In this document: in pieces, positions 1 to 12,842 of the stretch | Layout of the letters: each line of letters starts with the position of its first letter | How positions within the stretch are numbered: position 1 is the first letter of the stretch | NCBI GenBank assembly: GCA_965649765.1 | Contig: OZ287755.1 | Span: 7,192,001-7,256,000 of the forward strand | Length of the DNA stretch: 64,000 nt | Reading direction: 5' to 3' | Source of the DNA: Bispira polyomma | Taxonomy: Eukaryota | Translations under genes and position numbers: made by a program | Notes under the pieces: generated by a model | The model's input: the letters and a program-made list of their open reading frames with translations, nothing else | Told to the model about the DNA's origin: nothing | The model's database searches: none

Positions 1-448
1 AGCAAATGAGTAGAAAGATCAGCTTGATACAAGCCATTGCTTTTTTATCAGGAGAATTATCCAAGTAAACAAAAAAAAAACATCCCTAGAACATGTCAAG
101 TAATGGATTATTACTTTATATTTTCCCATTAATTTCTACTGAAATTGTAGTAGTGATAACAATGTGTTTACTCACACACTGTATTGTGATGGTTGTAGGT
201 TGGTTAATAGAAACAAAATTATAATTATATGGTCACTTTTTGCTGGGTTTAAATCACTTTCAACAGCTTAGGCCATACCATGATGGCCAAATTCAATGGT
301 GTAAGACACCAGAGCCGGGATTTCTAACCCACATATTGATGAGAGGCCAGTGATTATGAAGCTAGCACCTCTGACCAATCAGGCCAATGTGGCACCTGTT
401 CAAATAAGTAATCAACCTACTTACCCCACAGTGCTACAATTCTTGGAA
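1..448 (+). repeat. Segmental duplicate of 6038-6772
   Basis: agcaaatgagt..aaagatcagcttgatac...ccccacagtgctacaattcttggaatg occurs in both places. The 6038 copy carries an extra MITE and lacks the El1 insertion. Confidence 0.85.
246..400 (-). mobile_element. Degenerate tRNA-derived SINE remnant (paralogous copy at ~6585-6715)
   Basis: Contains the motifs (t)ttcaacagcttagg..cata, gagaggccagtgatt and cca(a)t(c)aggcca, shared with the better-preserved SINEs at 29615-29842 and 55835-56060. Confidence 0.5.
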
Positions 449-782
449 TGTGCACATCAGTCCCCTTTAAGAGACTGATAGTTCAGTCCACACACCACTC
501 TATGTTATTGCACAACCTTAATTTCGGCTACACCATAGCTATATGTAGCTATACCTCTTGTATACTAAGCACTAACCAATCAAATCACACACACTTGCTG
601 TTTATGCTTCTCTTCTTAAAACTCCATATTGAATTTTCATTGAAGTCACAGATTTCAAAAGAAACACAAGTGGAAAACAAAATATATTTTACAAAGGAAT
701 GAATTATAATTGTTATGTTTTATGTTTTTAAAGTACTTGGGTTTACGTTATACGTATATATAGTGAATTGGAAAGTGTGATT

Positions 783-1305
783 ATGTACAAAGAAAACTCC
801 CATACAGAGCACGGCAAAGAAATCAACAAAGAAACCGTTAACTTCAAGGAAAACAAAGACATGTCAGGTATCCGATTCTTTAGTTCTAAACCTTAGCAGC
901 CAGTCATCTGCGGTAGCGGGCCCCTCTAGAAACAACAGTCCTATTTTACAGTCACACAGTCGCCATGGCATGTGGTCAGGACAGCTTGGGCCCTCAGTAT
1001 GCATGAGGTAGAGGAGGGTCGGCTGTCCTGGCAGAATGACACTCAATGGACTGAGTGCATCTCAACTGGCTATGGCGAATGGCAGTAGTGCAGGTAACGT
1101 TAACAGTAATAGTGAATCCAAGATCATTTGTAAATTCTACAACAATGGGAAGTGTACTCACAAGACTGACCACAACAGCTATAAGCATATTTGCTGGCAT
1201 TGCAGCCGAACCTTAGGAAAGGACTCGTACCATCCCGAGTTCAAATGCTACAGGGCTAACAGTACGCAGCTGGACAGCCAAGCAAACCAGGGGAAACAAA
1301 GCTAG
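783..1305 (+). pseudogene. El1 gag remnant (internally deleted, frameshifted)
   Basis: TAWALSMHEVEEGRLSW aligns with El3 ASHAVVLCKMEEGKVTW. The C-terminal Cys/His knuckle is in ORF 1036-1305. Confidence 0.75.
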
Positions 1306-2282
1306 GTTCTGATTCAACAACCAAGAGGACGAACAATAAGAGTTAAAGATAAGAACAGTGTAGTGGTAAATTCGCAAAATGATAAGATTTCTAGTAATAA
1401 ACAGTTTCTTGATAGAGTAGGTAAAATTAATAAATTGAATATAGACAGTACTCATTCTTATAATGATATTAATGTTTGCAACAATGCATTGGTACATAAT
1501 ATTAATACAATGTGTTCAAATAATGTCACAGGTTTTGCACATAAGAGCATAATGACTGACCACGGCAGTATACCAGAGCACTGTGATATACTTGTGAACA
1601 AATATTTTCAGCATAATTCCAGCAATGCTGTCCAGTCCCAGAGTCATGATCAGGAATCAGTTATTAATGATAAGAAACCCCAAAGTTATGGTGATAATGG
1701 AAAAAACACTAGACAAAAATGATCCCAGTAGGAAACAGCTAGAAGTGACTTTTAATGTCACAAATTGGCAACAATATTGTATTGATTGGTCCATTTGGGT
1801 CCCCATAGTTTTTCTGGCTTGTGTTCAGAAACAGATTAAAGGTTTCTACTACATGTATCACCATTGCTGGGATAACAAAACGAAATATGTACCTGTAATT
1901 GATTTGCCTTAAGGGGAACTTAAAGTCATACACAGATATGTCACAGCTATATATATTAATCGAAACAAAAGAACTGGGTTTCTCATTAATAGAGAAAACC
2001 AGCTTAGTCCTGTAGAAATAAAACAAGCAAACAATGCTTTTTATCACTTTAACAAAGATATAGAATGTTACAAGAGATTTGGTTCTGACTATTCTGAGCA
2101 TATAATTAACATTATTGATAATGCATGTAATGTCAAGACAGAATGATTAGCAACGAGGTTGCAATCTGCAGTGCAGAAAAATACAAGTAAGTACTGCATG
2201 TGAAAAAAAGAACCAAAAGGTTTTTTATTGTGATAAAACTTACACTTGTCCAATCCGTTACTTCTTCTCCCAAACTGACGGT

Positions 2283-4010
2283 GTGGATACAACCCACACA
2301 TTAGACTGTAAGGAAAATTCTGATATTAACTTACCTGACAAAAAAGTAGGATTTATTGCTCTTTCACACACAAACTTCAGTTTTATAGGCCCTGACCAAA
2401 AACCAATACAAATCGATTCAGTGGAAAAAATGAAAGAAATTGCTTTCATAGTTAGAGGCACTAATATCCCTAACTATAGACAAGCCAGAATTCCTCTGGT
2501 TTCAGGTTTACATCATAGGACTTGGAAAGAAATGTTAGTTGATTACCCAGATCAATTTCTTTTACAGTACGTTAAATTCGGTTTCCCGTTATCACTGAGG
2601 GAACCCGACAAATTAAATAATTCTAACATTATAAACCACTACTCTGCTCTGCAATTCACCAATGATGTGGGGCAATATCTTGATAAAGAAAAGTCAAAGG
2701 GGGCGATGTTAGGCCCAGTTAAGCAGGTGAATACACCACATTTACACTGTTCACCCTTACTCACAAGGCTGAAAGATACAGACAAGCGTAGAGTAATTCT
2801 TAACCTATCTTACCCACAGGGGAGATCCTTAAACGAGAATGTGGACAAAGCCTTATTCGACAGGGTAAAATTTACCTTAAAATTTCCAACTATTGACAGT
2901 ATAACAGAGGCTATACGCAACACCGCAGATCCGGCATTACTCAAAATTGACGTGGCCAGAGAGTTCCGTAACTTGAGGGTAGATCCGGCTGAAGCTTTAA
3001 AACTGGGTATCCAGTTTGCAGAAGGATGGGTACATAAAAGAGCCTTCTAGCGGTGTTCGTACGCCATAGCAGCACACACTTTAAACTATTCTGCTATATA
3101 GACGACTACATATGTGTTTGTACTAGGAATAAAGCAGATGAAGGATTTAACATTTTAAAAAATTATTACTTAAGCTAGGTTTCCCTATGAACGATGATAA
3201 GTTAACACCACCCACTATTCGCTTAATGTGCTTGGGAATAGATTTCGATATCACAGCAGGTACCATCAGCATTCAACATAAAAAAATTGTTGGTATCATG
3301 AACATGATAACAGAAGTATCAAATAAGCGACATATCTCTCGTGCAAAATTCCAGTCCTTATTAGGCAAGCTTTTATATGTGCACAAATGTGTACAACCAG
3401 CAAGAACTTTCATTAACAGATTACTTTTTCAATTTAGGAATAAACAAAACACTAAAAAATTTGAAATCTCCACTGAAATGGAAAATGACATGGTTTGGTT
3501 TGAAATATTTTTACCCAAATACAATGGTATTACATACATTAAACATAAGGACATTTCGAATATAGATGAATTACATCTAGATGCCTGCTTTAGGTTTAGG
3601 TCTGGAACAAAGAAATTTATTCTACTCCATATTATAATGTGTATTGCAGAGCTCTGACCATAGTGCATCTGGAGATGCTTAACATTATACTGGCTTTCAA
3701 GATTTGGGGTGAAAAATGGGCTCACAGTAGACTGATAATTCATTTTGATAACATGGCCGTTGTACTGGTTGTTAAAAGTCAAAAGATTCTTTCCTAGCAT
3801 TATGTTTGAGAAGCATATGGTTACTGACAGCTACATATGATATTATCATTGATATTAGACACATTCCAGGTAGGGGAAAATATTATAGCTGATACATTAT
3901 CTAGAATTTACTGTGAAACACCACCTAGCAGGGAAATATTACAAGATTTAGACAAAAATTATAACTGGAATCATGTTCCTGTACAACATTTTGACCTTAA
4001 CCTATTAATA
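2283..4010 (+). pseudogene. El1 RT/RNase H (fragmented: ORFs 2283-3050, 3187-3657, 3837-4061)
   Basis: Motifs FGFPL, GAMLGP, RVILNLSYP, KIDVAREFR, FQSLLGKL, LHLDAC, HLEMLNI and NIIADTLSR match El2/El3 pol. Confidence 0.9.
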
Positions 4011-4019
4011 TATTTACAG

Positions 4020-4842
4020 GTTCTGCAACCATCAGCCAACATTACATCAGTTCAGCCCTGAGACCAAAGACTACTGCTGCGTATGAAAATCAGTTTAAAA
4101 CATTTTTGGCATTTAATAGTTTCTCAGGCATTTCAACGATTTCTGTATATTCTGTCTTAGCCTTCATGGAATATCTTATACAGAATAATATTTCCTCTGC
4201 TGTAGTGGCAAATTACATATCTTCGTTGAAATTTATGGCCAAGAAATTGAAATGGGATTTAGCTCCATTCAACACAACAGATCTATATTTTTACTTGCTT
4301 ATTTTGCTTTCCTCAGGTTGTCCAACATTGCTTCACACTCTAGGGTCTGGTTTGATAATACTAGACATTTTCTCAGACAAGACGTGATCCTTGGACAACC
4401 TGGGACCCACATCATTCTGAAATGAGCCAAAAATTTATAAAATAGAATGGACACCCATATTATACAGATCCCACAGCTTCAGAACAAGCTCATCTGCCCA
4501 GTATTAGCACTACAAAAGTTATTATATTCAAGATCTTTACCCCCTACGGCACCACTTTTTGCATTCACTGACACTCCACATCACACAGTAGTAGAAACAC
4601 ACGTGAGAGTTGCGTTGGAAAAAGTGCTTACACACATTGGCATCCAATATTCTTCCCATGGCTTCCACACATTCAGAAGGTCTGGAGCCACCTGTGCCGT
4701 TAACCACCATGTATCTTTGCAAAACATAATGGCCCACGGGCTATGGAGATCATCATTAGTTTGGGTTTACTTACAGAAAACATCTCAGGCAGCATCAGTG
4801 GTGCCTAATACATTTGCCTCTGCCATTCCTCCTTCCTCCTAA
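4020..4842 (+). pseudogene. El1 tyrosine recombinase (fragmented)
   Basis: ALRPKTTAAYENQFKTFLAF..., CPVLAL, HTFRRSGA, HGLWRS..VWVY. Confidence 0.9.
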
Positions 4843-6786
4843 AATTTTAACCATTATTTAACAAATTGTTTATCTGTACATAGTACTAATATGTATATAA
4901 ATAAAAGCTCAAACTGAATCTTCTTACTGACTTACAAAACTTTTAGACTGATCTTTATACCTGTATAACTTAAGTGGACTGTGCACAGCAGTCCCCTTTA
5001 GGAGACTGATAGTTCAGTCCACACACCACTCTATGTTATTGCACAACCTTAATTTCGGCTACACCATAGCTATATGTAGCTATACCTCTTGTATACTAAG
5101 CACTAACCAATCAAATCACATACACTTGCTGTTTATGCTTCTCTTATTAAAACTCCATTTTGAATTTTCATTGAAGTCACAGATTTCAAACGAAACACAA
5201 GTGGAAAATAAAATATATTTTACAACCCACCGCCTCCCCTTAACCACAGCTTCTTGCTAGACCAGTATTCAGCAACAGAGGTTGGCATGTTAATTACATT
5301 CACTCTCAATTAATGGTTTAAGAACAGGATAGTAATTTACAGACTACTACAGCGGAAGGCTTGAGCGGAAGGCAGATTTGAACCAGCGGCCATGTGAGTA
5401 GCGATTCTGTCACTTATGCCTCCCCTGGGTCATACAATGCTTCGCCAGGAGGGGGTATGACCGGCAGAATTTACCCTTTGCTAGGCGGCAGGTGCCCTAG
5501 GCTGTTGGTTCCTAATCTTAGCCTGAAGCTCGAATGCTCATAAGATTGTTTAAAGTTGTAATGTGGTCATTATAACGTTTGTCTTCAACATTACTATAAT
5601 AAAGTATAAACTCATTCACAGAATGAGAGTATACAGAGTATATGGAAATTTCAAGAGTGTTAGAACTTCAAATGTGTTAGAAATAATCACAAGATTGGCT
5701 GTGAATAGGTTCTATATGTAAAAAATATGAACGAAGAGGAAAACACGGTTTATGAATAAAACATGCTCTATACAAGGTTTATGACGAAATTATTCTTTTA
5801 CATGTAACTTTTGTTATTTTAATTCTATGACTTGAACGTAACAAGAATGTTTTAGTATATTATGATATTAGTTAGTTAGTGCATTGATTATTGACTAGTC
5901 CTTTTTTGTATTGGTTATATGTATTATTGTTATGGCTAGTCCTTTGTTATGAAAGGGCAGACAAATACCATTTTACTCCATTTGTGTAGAAATAACACCT
6001 CACGTTTTATTTCAGATGGGACATCAATGTGCCATATAGCAAATGAGTGGAAAGATCAGCTTGATACAAACCATTGTTTTTTTATCAGAAGAATTATCCA
6101 AGCGAACAAAAAACATTCCAAGAACATGTCAAGTAATACATTAAGAGGAATTGTGTGAATCAAAAAATATATCTTTACCCATTGTGATTTCTGATGAAAT
6201 AGCAGTAGTGATAACAATGTGTTTGCTCACACATTGTATTGTGATATGGTTGTAGGTTGTTAACAGAAACAAAATAAGTATATGCTCACTTTTTCTGCCT
6301 TTTGTGATATATATTTACCTCCACTAAGAGTTTTAAATTTACGTATGTTTTGCCCTCTTCTACTAGTTAGATGGATTAAAAGTTTTATTTGTCGCTTGTA
6401 ATGAACACAAAAACTGCTAAACTGATTAACTTTAATCTGGTGGAGTCATGGGCCTATGGGCCTTAAAAGAGTCCATTTTAGTGTATCCAATTGACAAGGT
6501 GGATCCAGGAAATAAGTTTGTTCAATTTTGGACACTGAGGTACCTTGACAGAGGTATTCAGTCGACTTAGAATTGAGATACGGTTTACATCACTTTCAAC
6601 ATCTTAGGTCATATCACGACTGTGGAAGACACCAGAGCTGGGATTTCTAACCCACGTATTGATGAGAGGCCAGTGATTATAAAGCTAGCACCTCTGACCA
6701 ACTAGGCAAAACTGGCACCTGTTCCAAGAAATAATCAACCTACTTACCCCACAGTGCTACAATTCTTGGAATGCTTTAAAATACAT

Positions 6787-7044
6787 TTTTTTTTCAATTT
6801 TGATATTTAATGTCCACTCTAGTACCTGTTTAGGTTATATTGGGACGGGTAGTTGGAAACGGTGAAGGAGCAAACACTGCATACAGTTGATCAAGGTTCT
6901 GCACTGAAACCAGCGGCCCACAGTAAGGAACTACCACCTTTCCCACATAGGCATCGACGGGATTCGAACTCACGCCGCCCAGAGGTGAGAGACCAGTGAT
7001 TGTGAAGCGCAATGCTTGCTAACCACTAGGCCACCGCGGCCCCC
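6787..7044 (-). mobile_element. tRNA-derived SINE (family 1) with 14-bp TSD
   Basis: Minus strand reads GGGGCCGCGGTGGCCTAGTGGTTAG (A box) ... GAGTTCGAATCCC (B box). TSD gctttaaaatacat at 6773-6786 and 7045-7058. Confidence 0.9.
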
Positions 7045-8995
7045 GCTTTAAAATACATATGAACATATAGTGTTATACATGAACATTAATATTATTAATA
7101 ACATTGATAGATAAACAACCTATCCTCAAATATAAAAAACCACATTTGCTTACTTTAAGAATTGTTATTTTAGTTCAAGGTATGTTTTAAAATTAAATCA
7201 AAATTGTTTATTTATTTTTTTAAATTTTTGGGGTTATATTTTTATTATTATCGACTTAATCACAATGTACAAAGTTTTTCACATCATGCATTAAATTCAA
7301 GTAACAAGAAATAATGAATACATTTCAAAAAAAAACTTGCTGTCTATTTCATCTTTAATTTTTACCTATAGTTATAATTTAAATAGCCTGGAATACTTGT
7401 TTCCATACTCCCCAATTAACTTTCAAAATATCTCACAGAATTTTGCTCCAAGTAAAAAGTCTTGATTTTTGTCAAAAGGCATAGCAATTTGATTCGTTGT
7501 CAATTCTAAAATAGACACAATTCATCATTAAGCCCTTAAGAAAACTTTAACCCACTTCCATGACGTAACAGCCGATGTTTTGGTTTCTACTTTTCACCTC
7601 ACAAATAAAAACATGTATTTAGTTTTATGTTAAAAGCACTGTACCACATAGATTGTATTCCTGTGTACAAGGGGAGCTATATAGTATTATTATATATTGG
7701 CGACTGCTGGCCGACGGACATGGCACTGGCGAATAGAAATGGCCATCGAATGCTGGTTGACGGAAAAGGTTATCAAGGGGTAAAAGGCAGCAGTCCTGTA
7801 GCATTTACAAGGAGGCCTTCATTTCGACACTAGATAATGTGTTGATAGTTATTCTGTCATATGTCATCGTCACACTGTGCTACATCCACACAGTTAACAC
7901 AAATATAACACAAATATATAACCTCTATGGATATATGGGGATATATCGGTAAAGCAAATTTTAAAACCTAAAATATTTTTAAAAGATTGGTTTTGAGTTT
8001 TTGTTATCATAATATGTACTTTTATGGAATTGTAAATAGAAAGTTTTTGGGTTTTTTAAATATCATTGTTGTGAACCCTGTTGTGTGTTTGTTGACTTTA
8101 GGAATTTTACCATTTGAAAAAGATAAGAATCATTTAACAAATATCCAAATATATATGGATAAAACACTAATATACCTAAATGGAATCAAGTAATATGTAA
8201 CCTGATATTTGTGTATAATATTGGTAAAGCCAAACCAATATAAAAAAGATATTGCTATAATAATTTAATTTAAACTAGTGTATTAGTGTAAAATGAGCAA
8301 TGAATAGTGATTTGGCATTTACCAGTCTAGGTGATAAAAATAGAAACTTAAATTATCACTCAGTAAATGGTTATATAATAAAAACATATACATGCCACAT
8401 ATCATAATGTGTTTTATGGATAAAAAAATGCAAAAAAGAATGATCAAATTGTGGTTTTGTTTCCCCCATTTGTTCAGAAATTACACCACAGTGTTTCAGG
8501 GAATTTCCATAGCTTTTTATTACCAACAATCCGACACAAATGTGGCCCATATGAAGAGAATTATTGATGGAATGAGTAGGTTGAATCAGGCCAAGTATTT
8601 TTTAATCAGGAAAATCAAGATAGGAAAAAAACCATGTCAAACAATAGATTAAGTGGAATTTGTGAGATAAAAGAAAAATGGTCTAGGCCCATTGATGTCG
8701 ACTGAGAAAAATATAGCAGCAGGGTTGCTGAGTTTAGTCAGACATAATTCTATGATGGTATTGCATGGTGTGTCACAGTTTACAGAATATAGCGCCAAAG
8801 TTGTGATTTTCTTTCGCATTGTACTATTTTTGCTGCTCAATTTACTGGTGAGGTTTGACTTTTTTCAACTTTAGTCAATTTTAAACTCTTGCATTGGCAA
8901 GATAACTTTCTGCAAGAGGAACAACCATACCTATAAATGTAGTAATACTTGTGGTCCTCCATGGTCTAGTGGTAAGGGAGTCAGGCTCGTAATAA

Positions 8996-9248
8996 GGGGG
9001 CCGCGGTGGCCTAGTGGTTAGCAAGCATTGCGCTTCACAATCACTGGTCTCTCACCTCTGGGCGGTGTGAGTTCGACTCCTGACGATGCCTATGTGGGAA
9101 AGGTAGTAGTTCCTTACTGTGGGCGGTTGGTTTCAGTGCAGAACCTTGTTCAAATGTATGCAGTGTTTCCTCCAGCATTTCTAACTACCCGTCCCAATAT
9201 AACCTAACCAGGTAATAGAGTGGATGTTAAATATCCCAATTCAAATTG
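8996..9248 (+). mobile_element. tRNA-derived SINE (family 1)
   Basis: Near-identical to the reverse complement of 6787-7044. A box tggcctagtgg, B box gttcgactcc. Confidence 0.9.
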
Positions 9249-9411
9249 GTCTGGTAACAAAAAGGTCATCAGTTCAACTGCTGAGAAGGCGGGTGGTCAA
9301 ATGGTTCAACTGGCCTAGCGGTTATGGATTTGATCTGGTTATCATAAAGTCCCCAGTTCAACTCCCTATAACAGCATATTGGTTACCGGGGAATAACATT
9401 TCGGGTGCATG

Positions 9412-9509
9412 ATGTAAACATGTCACTTTCTGCTGATAACCGTCAATATTATCCTGTAGGCCTATAGGATAATATTGACGGTTATCAGCGGAAAGTGACA
9501 TGTTTACAT
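9412..9509. repeat. 98-nt near-perfect palindrome (probable foldback/MITE remnant)
   Basis: Two 49-nt arms centred on agg|cct at 9460/9461, with 2 mismatches. Confidence 0.9.
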
Positions 9510-12500
9510 ATTGGTCAATATTGAAGAGCTTCAGGACTTTAAAGATTCTTATTACAATATTAAATATAAACCTATCAACATATGCCAAGCATAGGATTTA
9601 TTTTTCAGTGCAGGTTCATGTCCTGAAATTTTTCCACGGACCCGCCGAATATTTTAAACCGTTACAAACATCAATGGCAAAAACAGAAATGTGTTGGGTT
9701 TCTTCCTTCAAAACTGAGGTCACAATGTAACTTTATTAATAACACACATTTTTTACGAATATATTCAAATATCCTTTCCATTAAATTTATTAGGTATATT
9801 GTAGACAGAGGACATATATCTAAGGATATCAGTCCTTTAAAATAGACATGGACAATTTAGGTTTCTTCGCTGCATAATGTGTTGCTGTTATTATGCCATG
9901 GAATATATTTCCCAGGAGGATGGGTTAAAGATAATAGCTTAAAATTGCTTGGAAGAACCAGGTTTTGACAGTATATATGACCATACTGAGTAATTCATAT
10001 TTTACAAAATATGCAATATATATGTGGCTGTAATTTATTATACAGCCAGAAAACATCGACAAAGAAATGGAGTTTACTTTTAGGTGCCAGTATAATTTTT
10101 GTGTCTTATTTCTGTAGACACTAAAACTATTGCTCTAAATATTTACTTTACCGAACCAGCATATCGTGTGGCTGGTGGATCTATGCAAAAACTAGGCATT
10201 GTCTAAAGAATCTTAAGAATCAGGGAGGCAATCATTTAGTCCACTGATGCAGCAAGGTCGTCAGGAAAATGTGGGGGTGTGCAAGGGGGAACTAAAGTGG
10301 GTACGCAAGGTTAAAAAATTTTTTTTTTGAAAACTGATAAGTGTTTCAAGTGATCTGAGGTCAACTGGGAGACTGTTCCATAACAAGAAGACTGCGATAG
10401 ATACAGCTCTGGATTTAGCATTCCTAGTGGGTTTAACAGAAAAAACAGAGAGTCTGTTACTTACTCCATATATACTGGATGTACATATGTTATTGCTTCA
10501 AGCATTTCAGGTTTTTAGCATCATTCACATGATATAAGAATTGTGCACAATTCATTCCAAAGAAACTGAATTTATTATTCCTAATTAGTTGAAATGATCT
10601 GTCACTTAAAAGTGGTAACTATGATTAATCGTCCATGTAATTGTATTTAATGACAAGGTTTTATGGCCATTTTATGACGAGTAATTTCACTTGTCTTGAC
10701 AAAATATGCCCAAAAGCACTTGAATGTAAAACAAACAACACCCGGATGTTTAAAGACAGGCCTTTATTATTTAATGGCACTTGACTTAATGCCATGTTTG
10801 GAAGAAATAAAAACACCGCCCTCTTTGTAAATTATGCCTTTTGAAAGCAAAAACACTAGATAGGTATTAGTTACTAAAAATAATTCATTATTGTATTGAA
10901 TAACACTTTCTGGTATTAGGAGATAACATAAAACCTATCTCTTCAAACTCGCTCACCCTTTAGTTTTCCTCCACCCCACATCCTTTCCTATAAGCTTGGA
11001 TATGTTTTTGGACTCAATTAGTTTTGTTACTTTTGCTTTACAAGATGCCTCACATCAAAAAATGTGCATTAAGCATGCAAAATTCAAATCATGCCCATCA
11101 ATGTACAATTACTAAACAACATAATGAAATGGTTATAATCAACTTAAGTTTACTCACATGAGTTAATGATCCAGCCATGCATTATTGAAACAAAAAGGAT
11201 CATGCAGCAGCAGTACAATGTTGTAAAATATTGCATTACTGTTAGATTTGACGAATTTAAATTACTCTGGTTTTACTTTCAACAGCTCAGGTCATTACAC
11301 GATAGCCAGTTTCAATGGCGGAAGATGAATGACCATAAATAACCACGTCACCATTTACATTAGAAGATTAAACATAAAATGCTCTGCAATTCCAATATAC
11401 CCCCAGATGAGTGATACAGTTCAAAGAAAAAGGATACCGACAATTTCTTGATTAAGGTCGGCCACAAACAAAAGGTCATGCTAGCTGGCATAAAAACCTT
11501 AAGGCAGTTCCCTGTGGTCTCCTTGAGTCAAATAGAGCAGATTTCTTGTCAAACTATTCCAGCTTTATATAGACATGCATACAAATGGCTGCTATCAACT
11601 CATTGATGCCTCCCAATGTAGCCATTTTTTCGCATCTAACCTTTTCATCTTAATCAGCCATGTATACTCCATTTTAGCATTTTGCTGACATTTTCTCCCT
11701 CCTCCTTTTATTCAGCTCACTTTTTTGGTCCTTTGGGGTTTGGTCCATAAGAAACTATCTTTGATATGGAAACAAGAGTTGTTTGTTTTAAAAAGACACA
11801 GGCTCATAGTGTGAAATACACTAACATCGGTATGACCAGTTTCATGCCCGCTTGGCACCCCTACAAATATTAATCTGACACCCCTCAGTTTTGACGGATC
11901 GATTGCTTTATCAAATACATAAAGTTCTTACATATGATTTCTAAGGTGGCATTCTTTTAAACGATAGCTGCACCCTTTTCAGAATAAAAACAATATCAGT
12001 CTACTCCTGATAAAAACCCCAGTTGATGGAACAAGGCACTGTAAAGAATTTGACAATGTCTTGACAGTTAATATTCCTCTATTTGTGGCAATACTTATAT
12101 AGTGTGAGACTTCAATGGTGAAGTCAATGTACATCATTTGGGTCATTTAACGTTCACTACCTTTAAAACTATATAAACACATGCAGGGTTGTGGATGAAA
12201 TCATCGAGATAGTTTGATTTCTAGGCTTTAAATCCCTTTTTCTACAGGATTTCGATCCCTTTTCAAAATCATTTTAATCACCGAATTCCTTTTCCGTCTT
12301 TGAATATTGTTTAGTTACATTTCTCCATAATTTTGTCGTTTTGCATAACTCATCATGTTGGAACAAAAATTAATGTGGCATGTAAATAGATTCAGTATTT
12401 AATACTTGAAAATTTATAAACTACAAGAGGACTTAGAAAGTGCATACAACCACCAAGGTGCAATGTCCATTGTTTTGTTGGTTCCTTTCTGTCGAAAAGA

Positions 12501-12773
12501 CACGAAAGACACCAACAATAGTACTGAACTGATTTACATCAAATTTGGTGGAGAAATTGGCATGGGCCAAAGAGAAAATGGATTAGTGTTCAAAGGAATG
12601 ACCAAGGAAAAATTTTTAAAAATTTTTTTTGGCACCATAACACTTTGGTGATGGTATGCATTCTACTGAGTGCAATATTTGGTGCTTAAATTTGACAGTG
12701 ATCACTAGTGGGTACTAAATACATTTCTTATTTATATCTAAAAGTTAAACTTAAAATTAAAGGTACTCACAAG

Positions 12774-12842
12774 CTATTTTAGACACTGGTTCTATTTTAG
12801 GCACTGGTTCTATTTTAGGCACTGGTTCTATTTTAGGCACTG
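12774..12842. repeat. Minisatellite, 18-bp unit x~3.8
   Basis: (cactggttctattttagg)n. Confidence 0.9.

Larger units (their letters stand above)
449..5600 (+). mobile_element. Ngaro-like DIRS-order tyrosine-recombinase retrotransposon El1 (decayed; B2 repeat not found, 3' end approximate)
   Basis: Direct repeat A1 449-694 / A2 4980-5225 (246 bp, ~7 mismatches). Order is gag remnant with CCCH-type knuckle (CKFYNNGKCTHKTDH..HICWHC), RT (YIDD at ~3095), RNase H, then YR (HGFHTFRRSGA..HGLW..VY). No methyltransferase domain. Confidence 0.9.

Noticed and set aside
455-495. Hammerhead ribozyme at the start of the A repeat (ctgatag)
   Set aside because: The core would need CUGANGA plus a GAAA-closed stem. 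Neither is present, and the motif is not conserved that way in El2/El3.
448-702. Duplicated small ORF (448-702 and 5033-5260) as a gene pair
   Set aside because: It simply spans the A terminal repeat of El1 and has no protein features.
6830-7012. Similar 60-aa ORFs at 6830-7012 and 42006-42188
   Set aside because: Incidental frames within copies of the same SINE.
8996-9085. Functional tRNA gene
   Set aside because: A/B boxes are followed by a shared ~170-nt body, A-rich tail and TSDs in multiple copies, so this is a SINE head.
12774-12842. CRISPR-like repeat
   Set aside because: Contiguous 18-bp units without spacers; no cas genes.
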